Assembly: GCA_043228905.1 (NCBI GenBank)
Contig: JBHGNT010000008.1
Location: 21,824,001-21,888,000, forward strand
From: Azolla caroliniana
Lineage: Eukaryota > Plantae > Polypodiophyta
Reading direction: 5' to 3'
DNA length: 64,000 nt
The notes below the pieces were generated by a model. It worked only from the letters and a program-made list of their open reading frames with translations, was not told the DNA's origin and did not search any database. Positions within the stretch are counted from its first letter, which is position 1; each line of letters begins with the position of its first letter. Made by a program: the position numbers and the translations under genes. Below are positions 52,016 through 64,000 of the stretch, piece after piece.

Positions 52016-54796
52016 GTTTAGGGTTTATGGTTTAGTTCAGTGCACAGCATAGGGCATTCGGGGCAACACACGCATGCATGATCGAATCGGGTGGGACGAT
52101 TAGGAGTCGTGAGAGAGAAAGAGAGGGAGAGAGATTCAATTATTCCCTTCGGAGGTCAAATCTGACATATATGAGACCAAAAATATTGCATTTCACATAA
52201 TACATGTGAAAGTGAGTAGCAACTCTCGATGTTTGAGACAAAGAGAGACAAAGAGAGACAAAGACAAAGACAAAGACAGAGAGAGAGAGAGATGAACCAG
52301 AGAGCACTTTGTGCTTTTGCACTCATTGTTCGATATAGCAGAGGACGATATCAGACATTGGCTTTTTGTAGGGAATCGATTGGTTGTAGGTGATCTATGT
52401 TCTATGTAAATGGTCAGACACTATGGTGAGGAGCGAACTTCGGTTCTCCCCAAACTATGGCTTCAATGACGCTACAACATAAACCACCGAGCCAACTAGC
52501 CATTGACCGTGTGATGTAGTCATTGGTCTAGGTATGGATGACATTATACTTGCAAAGCATGTCAAAGGCCATGGGACCAAGGATGGGAACATGTATGTCA
52601 ACATAAAGATAACCCCTCCTCGGCACCCCCCCCCCTTGATAATCACGCAATGCAACATGTTGCAATAAACGATTGAAAACCTTACCATCTATGGTACCTT
52701 TACTTAGTCTTCGACCAAAGATAATCCCTCGTGAACAACTAGGATTCTATCACGTAAGTTTTTTAATCAGGCTTTTGGATGTCATGTTTCTAGTCTCCCA
52801 TTATTAGGACATAGATCAAATTTTGTTCCTTTTTTTAGCATGTGGATCAATTTCATGTTGGAAAGAGTTGTGTTGGTTAGAAGACTTGCTACCTGCATTG
52901 TGTAGACATTATACTATATATATATATTCAAGTAGCATATTCATGTTATCAACCTTTTTCCAAATAAATGTGAGGAATTCGTATGATTACAATAAGTAGC
53001 ATGTGGAGGAGGTATAATCATTTGGTACATACGTGAGAAGTTACCTTAGATGAGAAGTTCTACCCATATAGGGTACACAAAAGTTAAAAGTTCACCATGA
53101 GTAGCTTCCACAACCTAATAAAATTTACATGCAAGCCCCAACAATCATTGTTAAAATGTGTTCACTAGTGAAATTTACTACCAACACAATAATAAGTTAT
53201 AACTAGTGAACCATTTATCTAGGCATACTTTAACCTTAAGGTTGCTTTAACTACAACCTAGTGTGAAATTCCTAGGACAAAGAGAAAAGTGTTGGATCAT
53301 TCTTTGGACAAAACATTAGAGGAAGGATCTCTCCTTTGCAATCATTAATCTAGTTTCCAAAGAGGGATTCTTTGATGACATGTAGTATCAATGAGCATAT
53401 CAAAAAGGATATTGATCCAATTGTTGTTATACTAGACCACATTTTGAACAATATATTGTCAACTATAATCAATAAAATGTTCACTTTTGTTAAACCTAGA
53501 ATGTAATCAACATAACTTATGATTGCAACGAAGAGAGAAAATCACAACCAATTGAATCCTCATCTTAAAATGTCATAAGGTAAATCTTCGGTAAACAATA
53601 AAACACTTGGAAATGCCCTCTAGTTATGGAATATTGATTTGTTGAGATTTCTTAGGGTGGCTCGTCATATATTGTTGAGTATATCTAAAGAATGACAATG
53701 AAGATGTCAATCTTAAATGGGAAGTTTATAGGTAGACAATGAAAGCTTTGTGGTTGCTCCAAATAAGTAGAATCATACCTAATGTGGTGTTGTGCACATG
53801 TAGACCAAATGCAAAATCATAACATGATATTTATATTGTGTAATTACGGACTCAATTATTGTTGTTGGATTTAGGGTATAAAACGTAGATACCTTGAAAA
53901 GTTGTAGGAAACTTTTGGCCCTTAAAAAGAAAATGGAAGATCCTTGGATACATCATACCTTCACATGGCAAGGGCATGCACTAACAGAATTTAGACTTAA
54001 AAGTATGAAGTGGTGACTCTAACAAAAGGATATACGTAACTTCCAATGTCAGAAACACTTCAGAACAAAAGAAGGAAGAAACTTATAGGTACTTTTCTGG
54101 TTCTCTGTATCATCCTCCTTTGGATAAGGGAAAAGAAACTAACATCATACAATGTCCCATTTTGCTGCCCCCTAGCAAGGTTACCAGTATTAAACTAGGG
54201 AGTTGAACATTAAAGTCCTCTAGAAATTGGCTAGCTAGAAGAGAGGTAACTAGATTTATTTCACTTCGTGAAATCTTGTTCCACTTCTGGCATTACGAAT
54301 GTATTTATAGAGCTAAAGTAGCATTGATCCCCAACTACATCCACATCTCATACACTTGAAAGTGTGATGAAGTGCTCTCTAGATGACAATCTTACTAACC
54401 AAGTAGAATTGAGATAAAGCATCACACATCACTTTGGGATAAGTGAAATGGCCATGTTGCATACTCTCTTTATACTCAAGTTTAATTTATTTTCATTTCT
54501 CAAATATGTAAACAATCCAACTGTAAAAGGTGTATATCTATCTTAGGCCTCTATAGTGCCATTAGTATACTTCTTCCCTATTTCTCCCTTTATCCATCAT
54601 GTGTGCACTTAGCGTCTTTTTTCTTGTCTAAATAGAGAGGGAGTGATTGATTATTGAAACTAATTGTGTTCCATTATGTTTGCAGTGTTTGTGCAATGCT
54701 TGTGCCGCCAACTTTAGATATAAACATAACATGGCAACATGTCCACTTTGCCGTCAAAATGTACAATCTCTTATTAGAATTCATAATTCAAACTAA
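50457..54796 (+). CDS. LOG2/LUL (MGRN1/RNF157-like) RING-HC E3 ubiquitin ligase, divergent; 3 exons, about 443 aa (start uncertain)
   Basis: Exons about 50457-50881, 51010-51805 and 54686-54796. DAR2-like segments: TIKNHVNIHKASLKL..FKLSFAFDA..G, F..G..QEF, VVKAE, AQIT, V..Q......YEVHEIYG. The RING is split by an intron: CVVCLGEPRDTLLLPCRHM|CLCNACA...TCPLCRQ. Confidence 0.85.
51841..52040. repeat. (GA)n microsatellites followed by short telomere-type (TTTAGGG)n tracts in RING gene intron 2
   Basis: (TTTAGGG)3 at 51888-51908; degenerate copy at about 52017-52035. Confidence 0.8.
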
Positions 54797-55263
54797 GGGT
54801 ATATTCTTACTTCATGGTTCGAATAACTTAAATTACATGCTAGTTCGTTCAAATGTTGGTCTAGTCATATTCGTATCATTTTTGGATATCCCCCCCACGA
54901 ATGACGATGTACTTATTACACTCATATTATTTTATCATCTTTACTCTTAGAAGAATTTCATTTTCCTTTCATAATCTCGCGTCCATGATTTCATCATGCG
55001 CTTGGGGAAATAGCGTGTAAAAGTTACTGTGATAATATTGGTTTTAACCACGGACCAGGGAAGAAATCCATTTCATCGAAACCAAGACATTTGTCATTAC
55101 AAATTAATATTCAGCCATTTTTGGCTTTGAATTTGCAAATCTTTAAAATAAAAGGTTGCATTTCCACTCCCATGCTAAAAAGGCAAAATGTGGGTATAGA
55201 GGGAGAGTGAATTGCTCATAATTGCAGAAATATTGTATATACTACACACACATTATTCATACA

Positions 55264-55267
<4 letters not shown>

Positions 55268-55313
<46 letters not shown>

Positions 55314-55350
55314 ATGTATGTATTTATGTATGTATGTATGTATGTATGTA
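55268..55350. repeat. (TG)n plus (TATG)n compound microsatellite
   Basis: Pure runs. Confidence 0.85.
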
Positions 55351-56926
55351 TGCATGGGCAAGCCATGTTCGTGGTACAATAGAAGTGCATTTATATGCTT
55401 CGGCAATAAATGTCAATGCTCATGAAATGCAATGAATGAAATAGACATGCACATTTATGAAGTAAACACAAGGGGACAACATTAAAACTTTAAAATCTAC
55501 ATGGACTAAAAGTAAAATTCCATAATCTATTTGATGCCCAAATTGAACATATCCGACACATCATGACCAACACGAGTGACATGGGATAGAGACAAACAAA
55601 CAAACAAACAATGTAATGGGATTCGTTATTTTCGTGTGCCAATCCCCTATCAAAGAAACCAATCTCTTATAATATTGCAGCATAGTCTTGTACAACCATA
55701 ATTTAAAGCAAGATACAATGACACGAGTAAAGATACAACAAACCAATGCTTGATATAATAGACATTTTTCACATTACTTTGCATGATGTTGACTCATACC
55801 TAAGCATACACATCTTCATCTTATTCGTTCATGCAATTTCATGCTCCGGATTATGTCCTTTCCATGCACAATTGACCCAACCAAATAACACCCTTGACAC
55901 CATTGGGCTTTATGTCACAACTCTACTTTTCTAATCATTAAATCATCGTTCTCCCCTTCTTTCTTTACAAGCCGGATTCCTTGTGCATAAAACAAGTAGA
56001 CAATTGTAATTCAATCAATAAGCTACCAATGGTGTGTTCAACCCTAATATTTCACAATGGCGTCAAAGTACATATATCAAGAAAAAACAATATGTGCAAG
56101 CAAGGCATTATAGCCAAGGCCTCATGTTGATAGATGAATAATAGCTTACTACTAGGGTAAGCTAATTAAGAGGGGGGAAACAAGTGAGACACATTTTCAT
56201 ACTAGACAAGGACTCAATTGCATTTTTAGATTATAGATATACGATGATGAATAAATATAATGGGATTCGTGAGGGTGAAAAACGTCTAGCATACGTAATG
56301 CCACCATCCCCAATGTAGATTCAACCAACTACCGAGAATGAGAGGAGACAACAATAAAATTAGAATAATCCATCAATCCACTATTGGCATCAATGAGAGT
56401 ATGATTCAAATAACGAGATGCAAGGATAAAGAAAAAGGAACTGATACTATATTTAAATACATATGTACATGTTGGATGTCCCTTCCAAATAGTTCACATT
56501 CTCTATCTTGTAACCTTAGGTTCTATTATCTATAGACCTTGCAACTTATCGTGAGCCCTGATGGGAGATGGGAGATATCTTTCACCCTATCATACAAGTG
56601 CAAATAAACAAAGGCTCTATCTATGGACCAAGACGGAATTTGTGAATAAGCATGAACTCTCATTTTAATTCATGCCCTTGGTTGTCTTGCCCTCACCGTC
56701 ATGTGTGTTTGTCAAGTACTCCCCGCACTCTCATACGATCCTTCATAATGCCAAACAAGCACTTAAATTGGCTAAACCCCAAACCTAATCCATAAATGCA
56801 AATGCCTAACTCCTAAAACTCCAAAGGGATTTATGGCTAGACTTAGAACTCGTATACCCAGCCATTGTCAAAACCCCAGAAATGGCTTGCTACAAAGGAC
56901 TAGACCAAAAGCATATATATAGCCGA

Positions 56927-57107
56927 CCATTGTTGAAACCATAGAGATGGCTAGCTACAAATTACAAGACTTAGAGCCATGTAGAACCATTGTTGAAACC
57001 ATAGAGATGGCTAGCTACAAATTACAAGACTTAGAGCCATGTAGAACCATTGTTGAAACCATAGAGATGGCTAGCTATAAATGACAAGACTTAGAGCCAT
57101 GTAGAAC
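56927..57107. repeat. 60-bp tandem repeat x3 with degenerate flanking copies
   Basis: ACCATTGTTGAAACCATAGAGATGGCTAGCTACAAATTACAAGACTTAGAGCCATGTAGA, nearly perfect. Confidence 0.92.
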
Positions 57108-58315
57108 CCGCCATGCTCAAACAACTAGAGATTGCAGCTAGCTACCTACAAGAAGACTTCTTCCTAAACCCATATTCCCAACATACAAGTGAAGACTCAA
57201 AGAGACTCAGCCACGCAGACAAGCCAACTCCATGAGTCATGTCTAAATAGCATTATCATTTAAATGATGATATGGTATGGGTGGGGGTTTTAGTAGGAGG
57301 CATGCATGCATGGATGATAGTGGACACACTCAATTACAATACATCATTAGTATGTAGAGAGATGGGTATAGGGCGAGAAAGAGACGTACATTTGTGCAAT
57401 GATGTAGTATGTATGTATGTATGTATGTATGTATATGGAGAGACGTACATGTGTGCAATGATACCCACCCCCCATACATACATATCAAGATTTTTCATGC
57501 TGTAATTATTAAGAGAAAACAACGCAGAAGAGGAACCCAAAAAATAAAACTAGGCATACAGACAGACATATGTCTAATGATAATCATGATGATGATAATG
57601 GCGATGGGGAATGGGTTTATTATTTATTGAGACAGGAACAGCGACTCTTTGGTTCCTTCCTTGGCAAGGAGGAAAAAACAAAGGAATTCCAAGTTTTCAA
57701 AGAGGGGGAGGGAGAAAAAGAGGGAGGCAAAGATCGATCAATATATAGTGTGTATATTATATATATGTATATATATCCATTGCATTTAGATTTATATTTA
57801 ATCTGCGAATTCTTTTATTCTAGAAAAATCTGCAAATCATCGTCCTTCCTTTCCTTTACACATACATCACTTGATTTTGATGAGATGAGATACATAGATA
57901 GACATAGATAGTAGGCACATCTCTGATCGAAGGAGGAGCTGCAGCGTAGGAAGGAAGGAAACGAAGGATGCGAAGAAGCTCAGGCAGGCAGGCAGGACGG
58001 GACGAACTGATTCGGATTCGATCTCACGACGTACGATTTGATTCGGACGAACACACACACACACCTCAATTTCTCTATCTATCGCTCTCTCTATATATGT
58101 ATATGTATATATATAGATGAGGGATCAAATGTTTCGATTCATGATGAGAATTATCTTCTTGTTGTTATTATTATCATCTGCAGGAGAGAGTAGTAGCAGT
58201 AGCGATGGTGATTTTGTAGGAGAGAGAGAAAGGGGGGGAGGGGGAGAAGGAAGGAAGATAGACAGACAGTTTTTTAGGGGGGGGAGGGGGGAGGGGCCTA
58301 TATTTTTTATTTCGT

Positions 58316-61300
58316 TTAGTCGATTAATTTCTGCCATTCGTATCTCCCTCTGAATGCCTTCTCCCTCAGCGGGTCGAAATTGTACCTGTCCATCCATATA
58401 CCACACACATTATTATTACATCTACATATATATTATATATTTATATCTATATCTATATCTATATCTATATATTCTTGAATGTATTGAATGAATGCTTCCA
58501 TCTCTACTTAAAATACTCTTAAAGGAGAGTAATTAATTCACTCGTATCTATTCGTGAATTAATTAATTAATTTGGAAACATATAGCCCCCCCCCCCACCT
58601 CAAGTGGATTCATTACTGTATTTTTTTTCTAACCACTTAATTTTATGGTCATACATCAATTTATTTCGCAGGTAACTAATATTTACTTGATTCCTTCATA
58701 AATTCTATTGATGCAGTCTAATAATCCAACGAATTCTGGCTACCGCATTTCTGCAGATGGTTTTGCAACTAATTCCCAGTAAGATTTTCAGAATTATTAC
58801 AGAATCCATGGATTCTGAATAATCAGAAAATAATTATGAGAAGCCCACCAAATTGACTTGATTACTTTCATTAAATATGTAGATAAGTTTTCTAATTACG
58901 GACTAATTACAATAATGGCTGCTGCTTCAGCAAATGAGATAAACCTTAATTAATTCTGCAGAACACAATCATCAGGTTCCGATCAATTTATGAATCAGTA
59001 TCATCATATTCCCAACTCTACCCTAAAAGCAAACTTAAACAATTCCGCACTCGCTCGTGGCTAATCGGTCTATCCCAAACGAATTGTAATCTAATTGACA
59101 GATGGTTAAAGACGCGTAACAACTCTCGTCAGGCCATTGCTTAGTATATAGAATTAACCATGGCAGCCAGATTCCTAACTTACACTGCTTTATGCACCAT
59201 CACATCCCTCACTACATGGCTAAGTGCAGATTACTGATTAAGTAGAGACAGAGATTTCAACAGAAGATTAAGGATTTATCAGAGGAATTAAGTAGGCTGA
59301 GGACTAACCACTCTCGTCAGGCCATTGCTTAGTATATAGAATTAACCATGGCAGCCAGATTCCTAACTTACACTGCTTTATGCACCATCACATCCCTCAC
59401 TACATGGCCAAGTGCAGATTACTGATTAAGTAGAGACAGAGATTTCAACAGAAGATTAAGGATTTATCACAGGATTAAGTAGGCTGAGGACTAACCACTC
59501 TCGTCAGGCCATTGCTTAGTATAGAATTAGCCATGGCAGACAGATTCTTAATTTACACTGCTTTATGCACCATCACATCCCTAACTACATGGCGAAGTGC
59601 AGATTACGGATTAGGTAGAGACAGATATTTCAAAAGAAGATTAAGGATTTATCAGAGGATTAACTAGGCTGAGGACTAAACAGAACAAAAGCATGAGGAT
59701 TCAACAGAAGATCATAGATTGAAGAGGGCTAAGAATTTGAAAGAATGATGAAAACTAAACAGAAGGTTAAGGATTAAAACGAAACAGATTATTAAAGCCT
59801 ACCCCCTACCCAAGCAGCGCGATTAAATTAAGTATCTGACCAATTAAGTACCTGTCCATAAACCTTCTCCGTTGCTGTTGCTCGGCGTTGGCTAGAAAAG
59901 CTTCAATTTCGCCTGATGATGGACACTCGCGAACATTACAATAGTTGCTATTGGACGTTCTACTGAAAGGAGGGGCACTACGGGGTCTGCCGTTACTATT
60001 ACTGTCATTATTATTATTATTATTGGCTGCAAAGCATGTAGATGAAACTGGCGATGGCGATGGCGATGGCGAAGTATATGCATGATTAAAGCAGTTATTA
60101 CGAATATTACTCTCATACAGCGTCTTCTTCGACGTTGATCCTGGAGCTTCAGGAATGGAAGGGTCCATAATATCAGGAGCTTCCGCGATGGAGCAACTGT
60201 ATTCTTCTTCACGATCACTTCTTTTTTGCACCGAATTGGAATTTTCTGCAGTAATTCTCAAATGATCCCTAGTCTGAATATTTTTATTGATGGCGTGGCG
60301 ACGTGGCCTGTGATCAACGCAAAAAACAGCAGATTAAGAGTCTTAGATATCCCCATGGATACACCTAACTTACAACATATCTGACATCAAATAGGTTTAT
60401 ATTAGTGTGTTTTGCATTTTAATCACTGTGATTAACTGGCTAATTCTCTGACATGGACTCATTAGTTCATACCGAGCTATGGCGGCCACAGATCCAACAG
60501 CAACCATGGATGGACTCTCTCCACAGCAAGGTTCAATCTGCATCATCAATTTAGGTTTTAATTCTCCTTACTCAGAGGCAGACTCATGATGGAGACTTGC
60601 GTTCACTACCACTCACCTCAATCTGATCGACTGGAGCACGAATTAATGATCTACCAAGATCAGGATGAAGATGAATAGCATTGACAGGACTAATGATAGC
60701 AGCGTGATTATCTGCTTCTTCTTGCCCAGCGATATTGGAAGAGAGAACCTGTCTCCGGTATCTGGTTAGAACACCTAATGGCCTTCTGAGATTACCAAAC
60801 CTACGGTCTGGAGAAGAAACGACAGAGCATTGGATCGAGGGAGAAGGAGAAGGTGGAGGTGGAGGATTAATTACAGAAAGATTAGATTCCAAATTGGCTT
60901 TTTTGTCACGAGGAGTAGAACATAGGTTTCCAGGCACATGGATGTGTAAGTCGAGTTCCTGCCCCCTCGTTTTGCGACCTAGAGAAGCTCTGCCATCGCT
61001 GGGAAATCCTGCAGCAGAGTTAGCACTACTACTTCTCATCTGTCGCAAGACTCTGAAGGATCGGCCATGATTCGCTTCTGCAGCAGAACCGTCAATGGAG
61101 CTTGAAACATCATGCGAACACTTCAATGAACCGCCACGAATATTACTGCTGCGCTTGACAATTTTCTGCGCCTGAGAAATGTCTGTTCTAGTTTCATCAC
61201 GCGATACTTCTGCACCACCATCGTCGCCGTTGCTTCTCACGCATTTTGGACGGATTAGGTTAGAATTAGCTTTCTGCACACGAAGCTTTCTGCAGCTGCG

Positions 61301-61651
61301 AAGCTCCATTCGATGGACGCACGTCTGGTTCCGAGGGTCATCATCATCATCATCATTATTAAGACGAGGAGAAGAAGACGAAGCCGCCATGGCACTCGCT
61401 GTATTTTTGTGGCTATTCTCTGCTCTCCGAGCATGATGAAGATTAATCGAAGAATTAGCTGAGGAAGACCTCGGAGTTCCAGAAGAATCAGTAACCATGG
61501 CGTGCGCAATGGCGTTCTCCTTCTCATGAAGAGCAGCAAGGGCAGCTCGGGCTCGAGTTCTGACGCCAAGCGAGCTTCCATGTCCATGGCAGAAATGTGA
61601 TACTTCTTGCATCTTCTCTACACCTTTACCATTCCTCATGTATTTCCCCAT
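58316..61651 (-). CDS. KRP: ICK/KRP (Kip-related) cyclin-dependent kinase inhibitor, 4 exons, about 541 aa
   Basis: Exons 61651-60617, 60537-60473, 60307-59852 and 58385-58316 (phases 0, 2, 2). N-terminal MGKYMR, SLGVRTRAR and MELRS motifs. C-terminal CDK/cyclin-binding domain PSSGEIEAFLANAEQQQRRRFMDR|YNFDPLREKAFRGRYEW. Confidence 0.92.
59123..59680. repeat. 188-bp tandem repeat x3 in KRP intron 3
   Basis: CTCTCGTCAGGCCATTGCTTAGTAT begins at 59123, 59311 and 59499. Confidence 0.92.
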
Positions 61652-63289
61652 TGTAGCAGACGGAGAAGCCGAGCTACTTACTATTAGCAAACTGTGCTCT
61701 TTTCCATCTTATACCTATCTGCGTGTTAGGGTTTTCTGTTTTCCCTGTCTACTGATACATGTCAAAGGTAGTCACCATAGCCACTGCGAGTCAAAAGCTT
61801 TACTTCGTTTGCATTCTGCAACGTTCACAATCATCCAAGACACATTAACCGACTGCTTCGACGGAGAAGAAAGAAATCGCTGCTGATTAAAACGAATTTA
61901 TCCTCATAATTAACTACTAATTCATAAATAGTAAGTAAGAGACAGACACAGAGATACAGAAATGGAGGGAAAGGGAAAGGGAAAGGGAAAGGGAGGGAGG
62001 GAAACGTCTGACTCACAAATTCTGATAACGATATATATATATACTGCTGACTTAAATTTGGCAACTTACAACTGAAAGTATTACATATAAGGTCGCCATT
62101 AAAGCTGTGTATTGAAAACAAAAAGCAGGTCTGCTGCCATTCCGCGTCTCCCTCAAAGAAGACGACCTAATCCGCAACGGAACACTTCAAATAGAAAATC
62201 ACTGGCTCCCAAACCTGCTAAATATTAACTTTCCATTACACCTGTGTGTAGAGCAGACACGTACCGTTTCTGAATACATGCTGTTAAGGAAGGCTCTGTG
62301 AATAAGCATTCCATTCGCTACAACTGATTTCTCTTCTACTTTTTTCCTTTTGAGCTCAAGAATTAGATGATAATTTTTAACCTTTACTTCCCTGCGCCTC
62401 GGCGAACAAATTACTGAGCTCTATGAGCAGAGATGTGTGCCAAGGTTTTCAATGCTAGGGAATGAGACAAATTAGTGATCGGATCATAGGAGACAACTTG
62501 GCATATTCCTACTAAGCTTTTCCATAGGGAAGATAGCGACAAATTAAATGAGGAGAAGAAAGCACTGAGTGCAGAAACCTACCGGGGCTAGCATTTGGCG
62601 TTATCCGGGCTCCTTTCAGTAGAATCAGAATTTATTGTCGAGAGAGGAGATGCACTTGGGCTATATAATTTCATATAAAACAATCGAATTTACTGAGGTA
62701 ACTTAGCGGTAGACATGGAGATGAACTGAAATTGGAGTGCAAAAAAGCCATTCTTTGGTTCATAGAATCATATGGATTTTTTTTACCAACAGGCATGATT
62801 ATAGATAGACCTTACGCCATAGCCGCTAGTGTTGGTCTGCGAAACGAGGTGTAGTACTGTAGCTTGACGATAGGGTGGAAAGGTGAGCTGAACTATTATT
62901 CAATATTGAGCTTCGCAGTGGATGAAAAAGGGAGGATAATTCGACGTCTGATGATCTGAGAATGGCTACGATAACGAGGGAGGAGAGAGAGAGGAGACTG
63001 ATTGTCCATTTATAAAAAGAAAGGACTGATGGCTCTGCAGAGCGCAACAGGAGACGTGTGGAAGTGATGGGATCGAAATCAGAAGAAGCAGCAAAAAAAT
63101 AAAAACAAAGGGGAGGAGCGGAAAGAAAAAAGAAGCTAGAAAATCGAAGCGCCACAGAAACGCCAGCTATGGCGATGGTGATCTGCAGGCTATACACGGA
63201 GTTCTGCGAAGAGAGAGACAGAGAGATTGAGAGAGAGAGAGAACTTGAGCTAGAGCTATGGCTATGGCGTGTGTCGGAGTGAAAGCACA

Positions 63290-63800
63290 GTCTGTTGCCC
63301 TGTCTCCTGCATTCTCGAAAAAAGACGAGAGAAACTTCCTGTTCGGGAAGACGATGACGTGGATGCTTCCATTGCCGTCAGATCATTGCGCCGGCAACCA
63401 ACGGTTCAGAAGCCCCCCTCCTTCTTTCTGCTCACAATCGGTCCGTACCCTCCCCGCATCCCGCCCATCGCGCTCCGCCCGTCCGATTCCCGAAATCCGA
63501 CGGTAGCCGTCCCAGCCACGTGGCCCAATTCTGAAAGACCGCTCCACATCTCCATCGACGGCCCAGATTCGTTCTCGGGCCCACGTGATCGGACGGTTCG
63601 CAAGAGACATGACGGTACGCACGCCACGAGATGGAGGGCTGTGGAATCACGAGATGGGGGGCATCCATCCGATCGGACGGCTGAGATTGGATCGCGGGGG
63701 CTGAAGAATTCGTCGGGGTGCAGACAGAAAAAAGGAACGGTGGAGATGAGGCGCCAGCGCCGCCGCGTGGACGGCTGCGATGCATTGACAGCCGCCTGGG
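63290..63800 (-). promoter_or_regulatory. Probable KRP promoter with G-boxes and MSA-like (RACGG) elements
   Basis: CCACGTGG at 63516, CACGTG at 63582, CCAACGGTTC at 63398, several ATC(C/G)GACGG; a CT-rich leader starts about 63250. Confidence 0.5.
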
Positions 63801-64000
63801 CCTGGGGGCTTTGGAAATGAAGAAGAAGAAGAAGAGGCGAGTGGGGCTGTCTGTCTGTCTGTCTGTGTTATGTGTTTTTTTTTTTGTTCGTGGGAATTTG
63901 GGCGGGAGATGTTTCCGTGTTGGGCGGCCAGTTGGAAGGAGTGCACCTGCCTTTGTCCGGACAAAGACACGAGAGCCAATGTGGAACACTGGTCAATTGA

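Noticed and set aside
52400-54600. Possible decayed retroelement in RING intron 2
   Set aside because: No diagnostic motif could be read reliably.
59030-59095. Alternative KRP terminal exon (TAG|ATTACAATTCG...)
   Set aside because: It does not encode YNFD...GRYEW; the exon at 58385-58316 does.
63895-63910. E2F site upstream of KRP
   Set aside because: TCTCCCGC / TTTGGGCG mismatches the WTTSSCSS consensus.
63258-63989. Plus- and minus-strand ORFs, including MAMACVGVKAQ resembling a transit peptide
   Set aside because: GC-rich promoter region of KRP; no recognisable domain or splice pattern. The ATGs come from the antisense GCCATAG motif.

Overview
Eukaryotic land-plant nuclear DNA. A non-seed plant such as a fern is my inference from the retroelement types, the GA/CT-rich leaders and the gene style. 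Four spliced host genes could be reconstructed exon by exon with consistent phases: (1) a cellulose synthase-like C (CSLC, xyloglucan backbone synthase) gene, minus strand, 7177-10876, 5 exons, 699 aa; (2) a nucellin/Asp1/APCB1-type aspartic protease, plus strand, 43077-48523, 9 exons, probably with one GC-AG intron; (3) a divergent LOG2/LUL (MGRN1-like) RING E3 ligase, plus strand, about 50457-54796, 3 exons; (4) an unusually long ICK/KRP CDK inhibitor, minus strand, 58316-61651, 4 exons, about 541 aa. Between them lies a nested transposon cluster (23.7-42.6 kb). A Copia element A (TSD CATGT) contains a non-coding LTR element B, which in turn contains a solo LTR, a hAT MITE and a nearly intact Tnt1/Tork-like Copia C. 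LINE, Gypsy-integrase and Copia-gag remnants follow. The most notable item is element B. It has no tRNA primer-binding site, but it has an 11-nt site complementary to its own predicted transcript 5' end (Tf1-type self-priming). Its two sequence-divergent U3 regions each carry an antisense tRNA-like A/B-box module, and its interior holds an array of about 16 hairpin-forming 48-bp repeats.
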